Assembly: GCA_030704615.1 (NCBI GenBank)
Contig: CM060734.1
Location: 39,742,001 to 39,806,000, forward strand
DNA length: 64,000 nucleotides
Direction: 5' to 3'
DNA from: Takakia lepidozioides
Taxonomy: Eukaryota; Plantae; Bryophyta
Below are positions 23,681 through 37,118 of the stretch, piece after piece. The position numbers were made by a program, and so were the translations under genes. The notes beneath the pieces were generated by a model that worked only from the letters and a program-made list of their open reading frames with translations, had not been told where the DNA came from and ran no database searches. The number at the start of each line of letters is the position of its first letter. Position 1 is the first letter of the stretch.

Positions 23681-26600
23681 GCCTTCAGTTTGAAGGACTT
23701 GGGAGCACTGAAGGGTCAAGAGATCCGTATGGAGTTGGCCACTGACATGCCAATCTTTCGGAGACCCTATAGATACAGTGACATGGAGAGGTCTTTGATT
23801 CAGATGAGGACTCAAGATCTCTGGGAGGCAGGTTTGGTGGAGCTCTCTGGTGGAGAGAGAGTATGCTTCAGCCACAGTGATGCCAGCCAAGAAGGATGTC
23901 TATGGCAATTGGACGGAGAGACGTATGTGCGGGTGATTACCGGCCTGTAAAATCGTCAGACCCAAGTCCGATAAGTATGCCATGCCAACACCAGAGGAGA
24001 TCTTTGATGCCATCGGGCATGCTAAGGCCTTTAGCACTTTGGATTTACGATCCGGATATCACCAGTTGCCAATCAAGGAGGCGGAACAAGCAGAAGACGG
24101 CATTCTGGGGGATCAATGAGCACGGCAAGGATTGCCTATATCAGTGGCAGTTCTTACCATTTGGGCTTAAGAATGCTCCTGCAGAGTTTCAGAGAGTCAT
24201 GGATAGGATTCTAGCAGGGGGTGGACTTTGCTCGGTGCTACATAGATGACATCATCATCTTTAGTGTTACGATGGAGGAGCATGAGAGACACCTTCAGGT
24301 GGTATTGGAGCGCTTGAGAGCGCACGGATTGAAGTTGCATCCGGGGAAGTGCAAGTTTTTCCACAACCAGATTGAGTATCTGGGTCACATGATATATCCT
24401 GGAGGATTGGGGGTACAGCAGACTAAGGTAGAGGCCATTGCACAAATTCCACGCCCCACGGATGTGAGCCGAGTTCGAGCTTTCATGGGTTGGAAAACTA
24501 TTATAGACGGTTTGTCAAGGGGGATTTAGTACCATTGCAAAGGCTCTAACCAAGCTGACCAAGGTGGACCAGGAGTGGCAGTGGGAAGATGAGCAGGAAC
24601 GAGCTTTTCAAGAGCTCAAGCGAGGTGGTTGACCTCGGCGCCTATCTTGAGACGACCTATCAGGGGGCGTCCCTTTCAGCTGCATACGGATTGGAGCATG
24701 CTGGGGCTTGGAGCGGTGCTCACACAGGTGGATGATGAGGGAAGAGAGTTCGTAGTGGCTTTACGCTTACGCTAGCCGCTTCGAACAACGCTGCAGAGGC
24801 TAAGTACAGCTCATATGAGGGAGAGTGCTTAGCTGCAGTGTGGGCCGTGTGGCACACTTCAGGTGCTATCTATACGGCAATCTTTTCACCCTTGTCACGG
24901 ATCACCCAGCCACTCAAGTGGTTGATGGAGTCAGACAAGCTTACGGGAAGCTTGCATGGTGGGCACTTATACTCCAGGAGTATGACTTTCAGGTTGTGCA
25001 TCGACCGGGTTTGGTCAATCGGGATGCGGGATGGATTGAGTCGCAATCCATGCATGAGCCAGCAGGATGACACTGGAGCTCGGTGGGCATGGTGAGACGG
25101 ACGAGGAGATGGTGCCGGGATGGCACGCATCTGCATTTTTGTGTATCTTGGCATCGGGAGGTCAGATTGGACCTACAACAGGGATGACTGGTAGACGGAG
25201 GAGTGTCTGAGGACCCTGAGGCTAGTGATGAGCTAGGTGGTGCCATAGATATACATGAGGATTCGGCTGTGTTGGACTACCTTCCGCACGGGAGACACGG
25301 CAGCCATTGTGACTGCCAGGAGAGAGGGGATCGGATCCTGCAACGAGCCAAGAGGTTCAAGTGGGAGGGGATACACCTACTTCGAGTGTGGGAGGGTGGT
25401 GGGTGAGGATTGTGCCTCACCCCACACAGCGTGCACGGTTAGTGCGGCATGCCCATGAGGAGTTGGGGCATTTTGGAGTGCGACGCACTCACAGTTTACT
25501 GCAGGGGCAGTAGTATTGGTGGCGTGGTATGCATACAGAGGTGCAACAGTTTGTGGCTAGGTGCATGGTGTGTGACAGGGTGCGTGCTTCGTTTAAGCCC
25601 CCTACACCACAGTTGCATCCTTTACCTATCATGGGATTGGCTACAGATGGAGTCTTGACTTCGCAGGACCGTTGCACTGACTATGCGCCACCACAGATAT
25701 GTGTTGGTGATGGTGGAGCACTTCTCCAAGTGGATTGGTTGAGTTGGTTCCATTGCCTGACAAGGCTAGTGAGGGGGCTGCGTATGCATTCTTGGATCGT
25801 GTGCTTAGCCGATTTGGTGCTCCAGCTGAGGTACTCACGGACCAAGGGAGAGAGTTCTTGGGGGAGTTTCAGGCTTTGTGAGTGAAAGCCTTGATAGACC
25901 ACCGCACCACTTCTCGGGATCATCCTGAGGCCGATGCTTAGCAGAGAGAGTTGTTCAGACGGTTGTGAAGAGGGGTTTGCGCAAGTATGGCTTGCAGAAG
26001 GGACACCTAGGAGATTGGGATCTTCAGGTTCCTTGGTTAGCCATGGGCTACAAGTTCAGCAAACAAGCATCACTTGCCTCCTTCTCACCATATTTCCTTC
26101 TCTTTGGCCGAGAGCCGGATTTGCCTGAGCCATTCGTAGGGGACACTGCTCAAGTCCTTAACCTTGACGATCCGGACGTGTGGGTACGTGCATGTGATCA
26201 GCATGCAGAGTTGTTCAAAGAAGAGAAAGTCATGCCCATGGCTTTTGAGAACCTTGCCATTGCACAGGCACCGTGATATGTTGAGGTATGTCACTATACG
26301 TGGTGGAGGATATTGTCTTGGGGGTTCGGAGGTTTAGCCCTGGTGACTTATGTTTATTTGCAGCAGACCGCTCCTACGACTCTGGATGTTATCTGCAGGG
26401 GCGTGTTATTCTGAGGGTTCGAGAGGTGTTGCCCTCAGGGGTCCTGATCTTAGAGGGTCGGGATGGCATGACTTGGAAAGACCATGTGCGTAATTGTGCG
26501 CCATGTCACCTTCCCAATGTCGATGGCAGAGTTGACCCAAACTTGGCAGTGGTACCTGCAGGTTTGAGGTGCATGCTCTGTGGGTCTGCCAAAGGGGCAG

Positions 26601-27678
26601 CCACCATGCTGGTGTGTGATCGATGCTCAAGGGGTTGGCATATGGGATGCTTGACACCACCTCTTGAGAAGGTTCCTGACGGAGATTGGTTGTGTCCACA
26701 CTGCTTGGGATAGTGGCAGTGGACATGACTGGAGGCAGCTAACAAGACATGGGAGGCCAAGCTCATAGGAGTCAATACATGAGATCCCAAGCTCAAGTTC
26801 ACAGGTTGCAAGACGGCGACTAACGATGGGGCAACTCTTGCACCCGGCCTCTTGATCTATCGAGTTTGAGTGTAGTAGAGATAGTGGTGGAGGACTTAGT
26901 GAGGCTATGGTCACTATCACATCTTGTGGCTACCTGGACTTAGAGGGACCTAAGCACCAGCTAGGGGGGCGATTGTGTGGACTAGTGACTGCCATAGTGG
27001 GCAGCGTAGTGGCAGCCTAGTGACTGACTAGTTGTAGCCTAGTGGTTGGACTAGTGGCTGGACTAGTGGTGGACTAGTGGTATACTAGTGTGTGGTGTGC
27101 ACATGTGTTGTGTGGTTTTGGACAGCGATGTAGTTGTGTAGCGATATGTATGCGCACGACAGCTGTCAAGTTATTTTACCACTAGTGTGAAACTAGTAGG
27201 AAATAGCTAGCTTTTACATATTGACATTTGGGATTGGCCCAAGTGTCAATCCAGGGGTCAAGGCAGATTTAGGCCCTGGAGTGGTTATCTTCACGGCAAG
27301 CCCGGGAGGCTCATCTTTCTCGAGTTGAGCCTCACCGCGCCTAGCTATGGCGCCGTAGTGTGGATTCCCCATGGCGTGGGGTGCACTTGGCTTGACTTGT
27401 ATTTGAGTGATGAGGTTATATATGCATGAGTTTATGCTTCAGCTTTGTGAGCTCGCATGAGCTTGTGCTTGTATTCTTCCTCTTTATCATTGTGTGGACT
27501 AGTGACTGCCATAGTGGGCAGCGTAGTGGCAGCCTAGTGACTGACTAGTTGTAGCCTAGTGGTTGGACTAGTGACTGGACTAGTGGTAGACTAGTGGTAT
27601 ACTAGTGTGTGGTGTGCACATGTATTGTGTGGTTTTGGACAGCGATGTAGTTGTGTAGCGATATGTATGCGCACGACA
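23681..27678 (+). mobile_element. Family A copy 2, 3' half (RT-RH-IN-PHD, then LTR segments A-B-A)
   Basis: Near-identical to about 20005-23482; ends ...GCACGACA at 27678. Confidence 0.95.
26569..26710 (+). other. PHD finger (C4HC3) fused to integrase
   Basis: CMLCGSAKGAATMLVCDRCSRGWHMGCLTPPLEKVPDGDWLCPHC. Confidence 0.95.
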
Positions 27679-30600
27679 TCCCTTCCCGCAATTTCTGGAA
27701 CACCCTTTTGAGATGCTCCAGGTGCTCCTCCTTTGTTTTCGAATACACCAAGATGTCGTCGATGTACACGATCACAAAGTCATCCAACCACTCCTGGAAA
27801 AGGCTGTTCATCAGCGTGCTAAATGTCGCTGGTGCATTGGTGAGCCCAAAAGGCATCACCAAGAACTCATATGAACCATACCTTGTCCTGCACGTGGTCT
27901 TCTCCTCATCTCCTTCCGCCACCCGAATTTGATGATAGCCGGAGCGCAAGTCGATCCGGCTGAAATACTTCGCTCCTACCAACCGATCGAAGAGGTCGTC
28001 AATCCTTGGCAAAGGGTACCGGTTTTTGATAGTCACCTTATTCAGAGCCCTGTAATCGACACACATCCGCAGCGTCCCATCCTTTTTATCTGCAAATAGC
28101 ACCGGGGCTCCGTAAGGTGACTTACTTGGTCGGATGTACCCCTTTGACATTAGATCTTTGAGCTGAGTCTTCAGCTCGACCAACTCTCTGTGGCTCAACC
28201 GGTAGGGCGCCTTGGCAGGCGGTTCCGATCCCGGTATCACCTCAATCTTGTGGTCAACTCCTCTTCGCGGTGGCAAGTCGCTTGGCAAATCCTCCGGCAT
28301 CACATCATGGTATTTCTCCAAAATCCCCTTGATCCAATCTGGCTCGGCTCTCCATCGCCTTCTCCCTTCACTTCTCTAATGTAGAGCAAAAACTGGGGCT
28401 CGTGTGCCTCCTCCACGGCCCACTCCCTTGCTGACAGAAGGTTTATTCACCCTCCCACGGGTTTGGGCGTTTCCGAAACTCGTAAGACCTTGCCACCATT
28501 CCAACATGGCAGCGTGACTACCCTCTTGCGGCCATCTATGACCGCTCCGGATTTGCTCAAAAAGGTCATCCCCAAAATGAGATCCACTCCATCGATCTCG
28601 CAGACGGTGAAGTTCTCACGTCCCTCCCAACTCCCCAGTTGAAGAGGAACATCGAACGCCAACCTCGTCGCCAATTGCGGTTCTCCTTTGGCAGAACGCA
28701 CCTCAATAGAGGCCCCTACGTCAGTTGTCGGGAGTCCCAGCTTTTGTGCCGTTGTCGGTGTCATGAAGGAGTGCGACGCTCCTGTGTCCACCAACAATGA
28801 CACGTTAGTTCCTGATATTATCCCATCCACGAACAATAAGTGACTCCCTTTACGCAATGCGCCAGTTTCCTGATACAACTCACAAGAATATTTGCCTACC
28901 TTGCAAGTCCTGGCGACCACCGCTTCCACCAAGCGACTGATGGTATCTTCGACAGCTCCGTGGTTGCCCGAGTCATGTTCAATTGTCGGGGTTTCGTGCA
29001 CTTCTTGGCCATGTGCCCGGGCTCTCCGCAATTGAAACACACTCCATCAAAGGTCGCCTTCTGTCTGCCATAAGCCGCTCCACCCGCTTTTCCTTTCGAA
29101 GCACCGGTGCCGCCTTAACGTGTGAAGGCCCTCCCTACGATTTCCACGTGCCATTGTCGCCGCGTGGCCTATCCCACTTCTTTTCCGGTCGGAAGGAGTC
29201 ACCTTCCCGCTGGGTCTTCTTGTGGTTCAGCTCCGTACGGCCTTGTCTTTCACCCCTAGGGACATCTAAGAAACATTCAGCCCTCTCAATTGCCTCGTTC
29301 AAAGTCTTAGGTGGCTTCTCCTCCAACTTCCGCCTGGCCCATGGGGCCAGTCCCGCCACAAAGTTGAAGACCATTTCCGGTTCTGCCATGTCCGCGACTT
29401 TGAGCAAAAGCACATTGAAAGCCTGGACATATCCCCGAATGTCGTCTGTTTGCTTCAAATTCCTCATCTTGTCCCGGGCAAGCCAGGACGCGTTGAGGGG
29501 CACAAACTGTCGCTTCATCAATTCCTTGAACCCACTAGTTCAAGGTTTCCGGACTTGGACCTCGGTCGTGAAGGTGTTTCTGCCACCATTGTTGAGCATA
29601 GCCCCTCAAATAGGTGGGAGCCACTTCCACCCGATCCTCGTCACTCAACTTGGCCGCCCGGAAGTACTGCTCTAGCTCCAAGAGCCAGGTGTTGAGTGCC
29701 TTCCGATTTCAGACGCCCTCGAAGGTGCCGGGTTCCTTAGGCTTCACCTTAAACTTTGCCTTAGTGGTGGCATTAGCCGCCTTCAACACGTCTTTCAACG
29801 TCCCGCCAAACTGCGCCAACAACCCTTCCCAAAAAGCTGCTGGCATGGGAGGCATCTGTTGGTCTGTCGGAGCTCTCAGGGATTCCTCGGGCTCCGACTC
29901 CTCGGATTCCTCCCGCTCTTGAGCGGCCTCGTTTTCAGAAACCTGCGTCGCTTCCTCAAACGGCCGCTTCGGTGACACGTCGCCCCCATCGGGCTCACCA
30001 GGATCAACATCTTTTGGGCCGTTCCGCTTTCGCTTTGGCTTGCCCGACCCCATGATGAGGCCAATCCCAAGGACGATCGCGTACTGAACTCTAAGCTTTG
30101 ATACCAAGTGTCGCGCACCTCACTTCGGTAAGCTCCCCTTCAAATCATAGTTACTCGCTTTGATGCGCGCGCCTGACTCCCAACCTGGCCGCCGGGCCAA
30201 CTTGGAGCTTCGGCTGCTCACCGGGACATAACGGTCCCCCTTCGCTCTCCCACTAAACCCTCCACCTATTTGGGCCTAGTGGAATTCCCTTTGGTAGATG
30301 GCAGTCCGGAACAGCTCCCCACTCTTTGGTCGCTTTCCAGCTCGCTCGCTTACTCACTAGTTTTTGGTCACCAACGGGCTTGCACCGTTCTCGGGTCACT
30401 ACTCCCCTATATATACTTCTGTAGCTATCCGCGGGGGTTTCACAACCAGCCATGCCATTTTATGGCGAACCACCACGAAAACCCTCGACTCCCGGTGATG
30501 AGTCGCAGTGAGTCTTGGCCCACTCACCACGGCCCCTATGGACCGTGATGAGTCCCAAGACTCCCCACGACTCCCACCACGAGGTCTCCGTCCCCATGGT

Positions 30601-30834
30601 GAGTCCTTTGCCACCCCCACTAAGTCCCACTAAGCTACCACCACCCCTTGTGGAGCCACCCCCACCGCAACCCGGTGTGCGGGGCTCCACCTAGTGAGCG
30701 CCTCCGCCTCCTTGAGTGCCATGGGCACTCAAGGGTGCTTCAGCCCCCCATACCTATCGCTGCCGCTGCCCCCACCACAAGGGCAGCCTCTCATGTGTCC
30801 CGACCCCCTGTCCACAAGGCAAAGGACTGCGACA
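27679..30834 (-). mobile_element. Ty3/gypsy family B (chromovirus-like), 5' LTR + gag + PR + partial RT
   Basis: LTR 30109-30834 with TGTCGC...GCGACA ends; PBS TGGTATCAAAGC (30095-30106); gag knuckle; LLVDTGASHSF; [27 protein letters not shown]. Confidence 0.93.
30095..30106 (-). promoter_or_regulatory. tRNA-iMet primer-binding site (family B)
   Basis: TGGTATCAAAGC two nt after the LTR CA; one mismatch to the canonical TGGTATCAGAGC. Confidence 0.88.
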
Positions 30835-31530
30835 CCTTGTTGACCACCAAAGGCGAACGGTCATCGTGTCTCACACGCTGAGACTGCCTCCCTGTGTCCA
30901 AAATGCTATCCACTGTGAGGTGTGCTGGCCGCTGCACCCCATCAAATGCATGCTTAAGCAGTGCGGGTGGCATCAAGTTAGTCCACCATAATCGTGGACG
31001 ATGAGCCCGTGACCCCACTGTAGCTGCATCCAGCAACACTGCTGACCGAAGCCACGACCGGACTTGATGCACACTGGCCATCACCTTGGCCCGAGAATTG
31101 CCCATCAGTGGCACATTCTCCAAGATGTATGCTGGAGATACAACTTGATGAAGCTGCAAGTGGAAACCCGCACCATCTCCCAAAACAGACCCGACCTCGA
31201 GTCTCGCAATCCATTGCCATGCCCGGTTGATGAATGCCCTTGGCAGGGCCAACCTGCCACTACTAGATCAATAGAGCCAACCCGCTCCAAATCCTGCGCC
31301 CCCAGCAACGAAATGTCTGCTGGCAAGGCCTGCTGATATCCACGAATTGCAGACACCGACAATAACTCAGGGTACCGCTGCACCAACTGAGCAACATGGC
31401 GAAGTGAAACGCGTCGTGCAGTCTCATCCCTCTCCACATACAGGTAACGCCGAACTCGTACACCTACCTGTAACACAGCAGCCAATCCGGTGCTGATCCC
31501 GCCTAACAAGTCCAGAAGACAAATGCCTTC
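30835..31530 (-). pseudogene. DNMT3-like cytosine methyltransferase domain, copy 3
   Basis: LLDLLGGISTG, YVERD, DLVVAGWPCQG (catalytic PC intact), YILENVP, HRPRLWWTNL. Confidence 0.92.
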
Positions 31531-34500
31531 ATCCGGATACTGCCACACAATAGCTGTGGTGTCCAATGTAGACAACTGAGGTGGTCCTGGTGCAATCCCC
31601 GCACTCTCCTCCTCTCCTGACGGTACAAAAGCCTCCACCCAGGCTTGTTGCACCCGTCTATCAGCATCCCGCTGCAAATCCTTGCTCGTGCCCCACAATG
31701 GAGACTGAGCAACCATGACAGGCAACTCCGCCATACCATATATGTCATCCTGTTTTCCCGGAGGTGGCACATCCTCTGAATGAGCGTTGCCCTCAAGCAA
31801 CTCTATAGGCCAACTCACTGCCGCTGTGAATGCTGCTAGTGTCGGCATCTTGCCTCGCTAGGCAACCGCAAATCCTCCTATGAACGTCACAGGGAGCTGC
31901 ACACGCCGACCCTCCCTTGATTGCCATGCAGGCCTATAGGAAGCTGACTCCTCCCAAAAATCCAGGGTGAAGCCCATGGGGTACAACGCTGCCCCACCAA
32001 CCAGGACATCGTATGAGACCGCGTCTGTCACAATGGCCTTGGCTCGCATCACTGAGCCATCTGTAGGATGATCCGGCCGTAGTCTGACAGTCAACTCACG
32101 CCGTGTCATGCCCCGAGCCTGCTCCGATCCTCCCAGAGACGTCTGTATCTGGAAATGACAAGGCTCTATATCCGCCTCCGTGAGGCCGAAGCCTGCAATA
32201 GCAGCTCTGTCCAGCATCAATGGCTGAGCTCCCGAGTCCAACAAGACCCGCAGTGGCCGGTACCTCTTGCCTGCCGGTCCACTCAAATAGAAAATGTCAT
32301 CCCGGTTGTCTAACATGACAACTCCAGGTGTCACCATGGCGCGCTCAATGGCTGGCCTAGCTGGCAGCTCCATCAACCTGGCAGCTGCAGCTTGCCACGG
32401 CACCGCCGTGGCAGTCTTGACCCTCAAATCCAAGGATCCCTCCGGCACTACACCTCCCACTATCTCCGCAGAAGATGAAGTAACCTCCCCACTCTCAAAG
32501 AGTGTAGCTGCCAGCCTGAACACCTCAGCTGATTTTACCCCCGGCGTCGCAATCATGGTAGCCGAGAACAATGGAGCCTGGCACACAGATGTGGCCGCTC
32601 CTAGCAGCACACTAGCTGCCGTAGCCTTGGCAACACTGGGTAGTGGTGCTACCCGTGTAGCTCTCCCTAATGGCATAGTAACCTCTGCCTCGGCAACAGT
32701 CGGGCGAGAACTAGGTGCCATGGATGGCGTCGACACTGTCTCCGCCAATGTGAATGACTGAGGAAGCCTAGCCTGACGGCTTGCCTCCCCACGCCGTGGA
32801 TCCAACTCCACCTCTGCACCTCGTGGCTCAGGAACTCGTGCTGCTCCTTGAGTCACGGCTGCAGCAGACTCCACCTGCACTAGTAGTAGTGTTGTTCCAC
32901 ACATGAATCCCATGCCTCCCATATCTCCTCCCTCAGGAGCATGAGGTGGACCATCCGGCCTTAGAGCCGGTACCACCTGAGCTGTAGCCATGGCAGCGAG
33001 CCTCTGCTCTAGCTGCTGAAGCCGGTTGGCCATGCCTTGGTCAACACCCTGACCTCCGCGTCCTTGGCCATGTTGAGCTTGCCCTTGGCTTGCACCTCGT
33101 GGCTGGCCACCTCGTCCTCTCTGGGCTGCTCCACCTCGCCCCCGGCCACCATTGTTCCCTTGGAACTGGCCTGGGCGCAACTCAGGATGCAAACCATAAC
33201 ACTGGGCGTCTCCATGCCCGTGCTTGCCACAATGCCTACACTGCAACTGTGCAGGCTGTGCATGTGCCGGCCCTTTGCCTCCCTCTGGGCAATCCTTCTT
33301 GACATGGGGTCCTCCACATGTCTAGCACACCACATCCGCCCGTTGTTGGCCAGCAAATGAAGGGAGAGACCCCTGCATCTGAGTCCTCTCTGCCCTTCCC
33401 TAAGCTTCACCTGAGCCCCCTTGTTGCCTTGAGCACGTTGAGGTAGTGGTTGGCTAGGAGCACCACTACCCCGTGGTGTCTCCTTAGCAAATCCCACCAT
33501 GACCACTCGTTCCTCCACCATGTTGAGCTCTATCCGCTCTGCCAGCAAAAACACATTTGCTAAGGTGGGTTGGGCCGCTTGTAGGAGAGTTGCATCCCGC
33601 ACCCTTCTCCTCAGCTCCTTGTCCAATATCCCATACAGAATTGGACTGCCTGAGCTTCCGTAACCCCTTGGGTTACATTTATCAAGCGCCTCATGCGAGT
33701 GAAAGCCTCCCTCAAGCTCTCGGTCGGCTTCCGTTGGAACTCTTGCAAGCTCCGCAACTTCTCTGTCCTCACCCCTTGGTAGTTCCCTCTCAACTCTTCG
33801 AAGAACTCCACAACAAGGTTGAAGGCAGGCACGGGTACTAGTGCTGGTGCGGTAGTGGCTTGGGTGGACGTCGTAGCTACTGTGCCACAAGTCCCACTAG
33901 TCCACTGCTACTTGCTGAAGCTGCCGGTGCAGCGGCAGGTGTAGCCACTGCCCTCGTGGCTCTAGTGCCCTAGTGATGGAGACATAGTCGGGTGACCAAT
34001 ACATCCTCCACTCCTCGATCTCAACCTCATGCCCCTGCCTAAACTCATGGTAATCATCCATAGGCGGCCCCTCAAGGTGCTGAAACAGCCCTTCCATGCC
34101 ATGAAAGGCGTAAATAGTTGTGGATTGCGCATTTGCTGCAAATCACACCAACTATCAAACTCTTGGATAAAATCATCCAACTCGATGGTGCCCACCGCCC
34201 CAGAGTACCTTCGTGGCCCCTTGGTAGCTCCATACATCTCTCCTCCATTGTGTCCCACAACAATGGCAAGAAATAACTTGCACCGCCGGTATGAGTCCTC
34301 CTGATTCACAATCCGAATCAGAACCTTCCGTAGAAGACACAGGAGGTGAAGGTGGCCTAAACCGCACACCTCGTCTCGTGTACCCATTAGTATCGCTAGT
34401 GCTCGAACCGGCACTGTCCCCAGCAACTAGTGGCACCTCGTGTTGACACTCAACCGGTCATGAACATGTCCCTAACCCCCTCTCCACAAGGTAACCGGGT

Positions 34501-37118
34501 AGAGAACCTGTTGCGGCTTAGGGTTTGGAATACTAAGTTCCTAACATAGCCTACACATGTACCTGCATCCACCGCAAGCACTCCTATGGTTGGCTGGTTA
34601 TCACCTCCAACCTCACCATAGGAGAAACAATGATGGTCTGGCTGGTCATCACCCCAGCCTCACCATCGACAACATGCTCTAGGACTGGCCGGTGATCAAA
34701 TCCGGACCAATCACCTATAAAAACAAGCGCCCACACAAAACTAGCATGGCGCACAGTCAAGCATGCAGGTATGGAGGGGATCCAAACACAAGAAATCAGA
34801 ACGACAACTCCCCCACACCAAAAACAACTCCACGGTGTTGCTCCTGCAAGGACACCCCAGCCCAAACCCGGACTGACTCTTGCCTCCACCTATGGAAAGG
34901 TCTTGGCCTAATGAGAGGGTGGAAACTACGAGAAAGAGAAGCTAAAGCAATGCCTAACCCCAGCATGCCCTCATCCCAACACTCCCTCTCCTCTCTTCCC
35001 TCACTTGCATGACCATGGGAATATCATGAAGATACTTCTCAAACCGCCCTCCACAAGCTTCAAAATTCGGCCTTCAAGACCACATACCAGTCCTTAGGCA
35101 GTCCACCAGTGCCTCCACGAGTCAGCACAGGCCGTCCACAGGTCAACACGGGCCACCACAGACCAGCACAAGCCCACACAGCTCACAGGCCACAGCCTGT
35201 CACAGCCCTACACAGGTCACAGGTCACAGCCCCAAAGGCCACAGGCATAGCCTGTCACAGCCCTACAAAGGTCACAGGGTCACAACCGCAAAGGCCACAG
35301 CCTATCACAGCCCCTCACAGCCCCATAGGCCACAGGGCACAGCCTGTCACAGCCCGACCACAGGTCACAGGGGTCACAGCCCAAAGGCCACAGCCCCACA
35401 ACCCGTCACAGCCCCACAGGCCACTGGCACCCGTCACAGCCCGTCACAGCCCCACAGCCCACAGGCACAGCCACAGCCTGTCACAGCTCGCCGCCTGTCA
35501 CATCCCGTCACAGCCCTACAGGCCATAGGGCACAGCCTGTCACAGCCCCTCATAGCCCGTCACAGCCCCACAGGCCACAGGCCACAGCCTGTCAAGCCCC
35601 TCACAGTCCGTCACGGCCCCACAGGCCACTGGGCATAGCCTGTCACAGCTCGCCACAACCTGTCACAGCCCCTCATAGCCCGTCACAGCTTGCCACAGCC
35701 TGTCACACAGCTCGTCAAGCCCCACAGGCCACAGGGCACAGCCTGTCACAGCCCGCCACAGTCCATCACAACCCATCACAGCCTATCACAGCTCGCCACA
35801 GCCTGTCACAGCCCGTCACAGCCCCACAGGCCACAGGGCACAGCCTGTCACAGCCCCACACAGCCCGTCATAGCCCCACAGGCCACTGGGCACAGCCTGT
35901 CACACAGCCCCTCACAGCCCCACAGGGCACAGGGCACAGACTGTCACAGCCCCTCACAGCCCGTCACAGCTCCAAAAGGCCACCGGCACAGCCCCCTCAC
36001 AACCCACCACAGACCCCAAGGCCACCGGCACAGCCCGTCACAGGCCCTCACAGCCCGTCACAACCCCGAAGGCCACCGGCACAGCCCGACGCAGCCCGTC
36101 ACAGCCCCAAAGGCTGTCGCGCGGCGTTTACTCACCCATCCCTTTGTTATCCGAGGCGGAAACTCCAAGATAGAAGAGTTGGAAATCTCTAAGTACTCAG
36201 CCCGCTCAGAACAATCAGTCATGACCTACAGCTAGTGTATCATGGGGGTGTTTCCTATTTGTTTTCTTTTCCGCATTCATGTTAGCTAGCTACCTTACTA
36301 TTGATAATTAAGTATCAGTTTGCTTCATCAATCTATCGGATTCCATCAACTCATCCATTCATTCCACAGCTTCACTCAGATCTCTCTACACAGTATGAGT
36401 ATGAAGTATGTATCAGATTAATATCTATCAAGTATCAGGCTGAAGCCATGGTGACTCTAATCTACTCTACATTACAATTCTATAGCTTGCAATCATCAAG
36501 TAACAACAGATCATCATTTCTCCTACTCCGTACTCTTCATCTTTCTGCTCAGAGATCCCTCTCTGTCTCATTTCCCTTCCTCATGTCCGAAGACCCCTCC
36601 CGAAGTCATGTCCAGAAGTGATCTCCACAATCGATGTCAAGAACTGATTGCAAGCCGTAATCTCAAGAAGTGATCCTCCTCCCGTCCTCGCTCCTCGCTT
36701 TATTTTCCTACCCGTTGTTCTAACCATTTTCCTCACTAACCGTCATCTGTGAACTAATCATGTTCCATTCGCAGATGTTGTTCCCCATAGTCGTTCCCTG
36801 TCCTGCTATCCGTTCCCTACGGTCGTGACAGCTGTTTCAAGCTGTGACTGGCTGTGTGGCTGTGACGGGCTGTGACTGGCTGTGCGACGTGTTGCTGTGA
36901 CTGGCTGTGTGGCTGTGTCGGCGTGTCGGCTGGCTGTGTGCGGTTGTGTTGGCTGTGGCTGTGATGGGCTGTGTCGGCTGTGTGACTGTGACGGGCTGTG
37001 TTGGCTGTGACGGGCTGTGTCGGACTGTGACGGACTGTGTAACCCCCCTCTACAGTGCGCTGCTGTCACCCCTAAGGCTCCTGTTGGTCTCAGTCTGTGC
37101 AAAAATTAAGGGTACTCC

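Noticed and set aside
12811-27678. DIRS/Ngaro tyrosine-recombinase element, suggested by the split repeats and a methyltransferase
   Set aside because: It encodes an aspartic protease and an HHCC/DDE integrase, no tyrosine recombinase is seen, and the methyltransferase is C5-type rather than Dam-type.
15890-34300. Programmed frameshifts or true decay in family A ORFs
   Set aside because: The single-base indels differ between near-identical copies and often sit in homopolymers, so they could be sequencing errors; programmed recoding is unsupported and inactivity cannot be concluded.
14519-36235. Long H/S/P/Q/T-rich ORFs (14519-15058, 35109-35528, 35690-36235)
   Set aside because: These are translations of stop-poor minisatellites.
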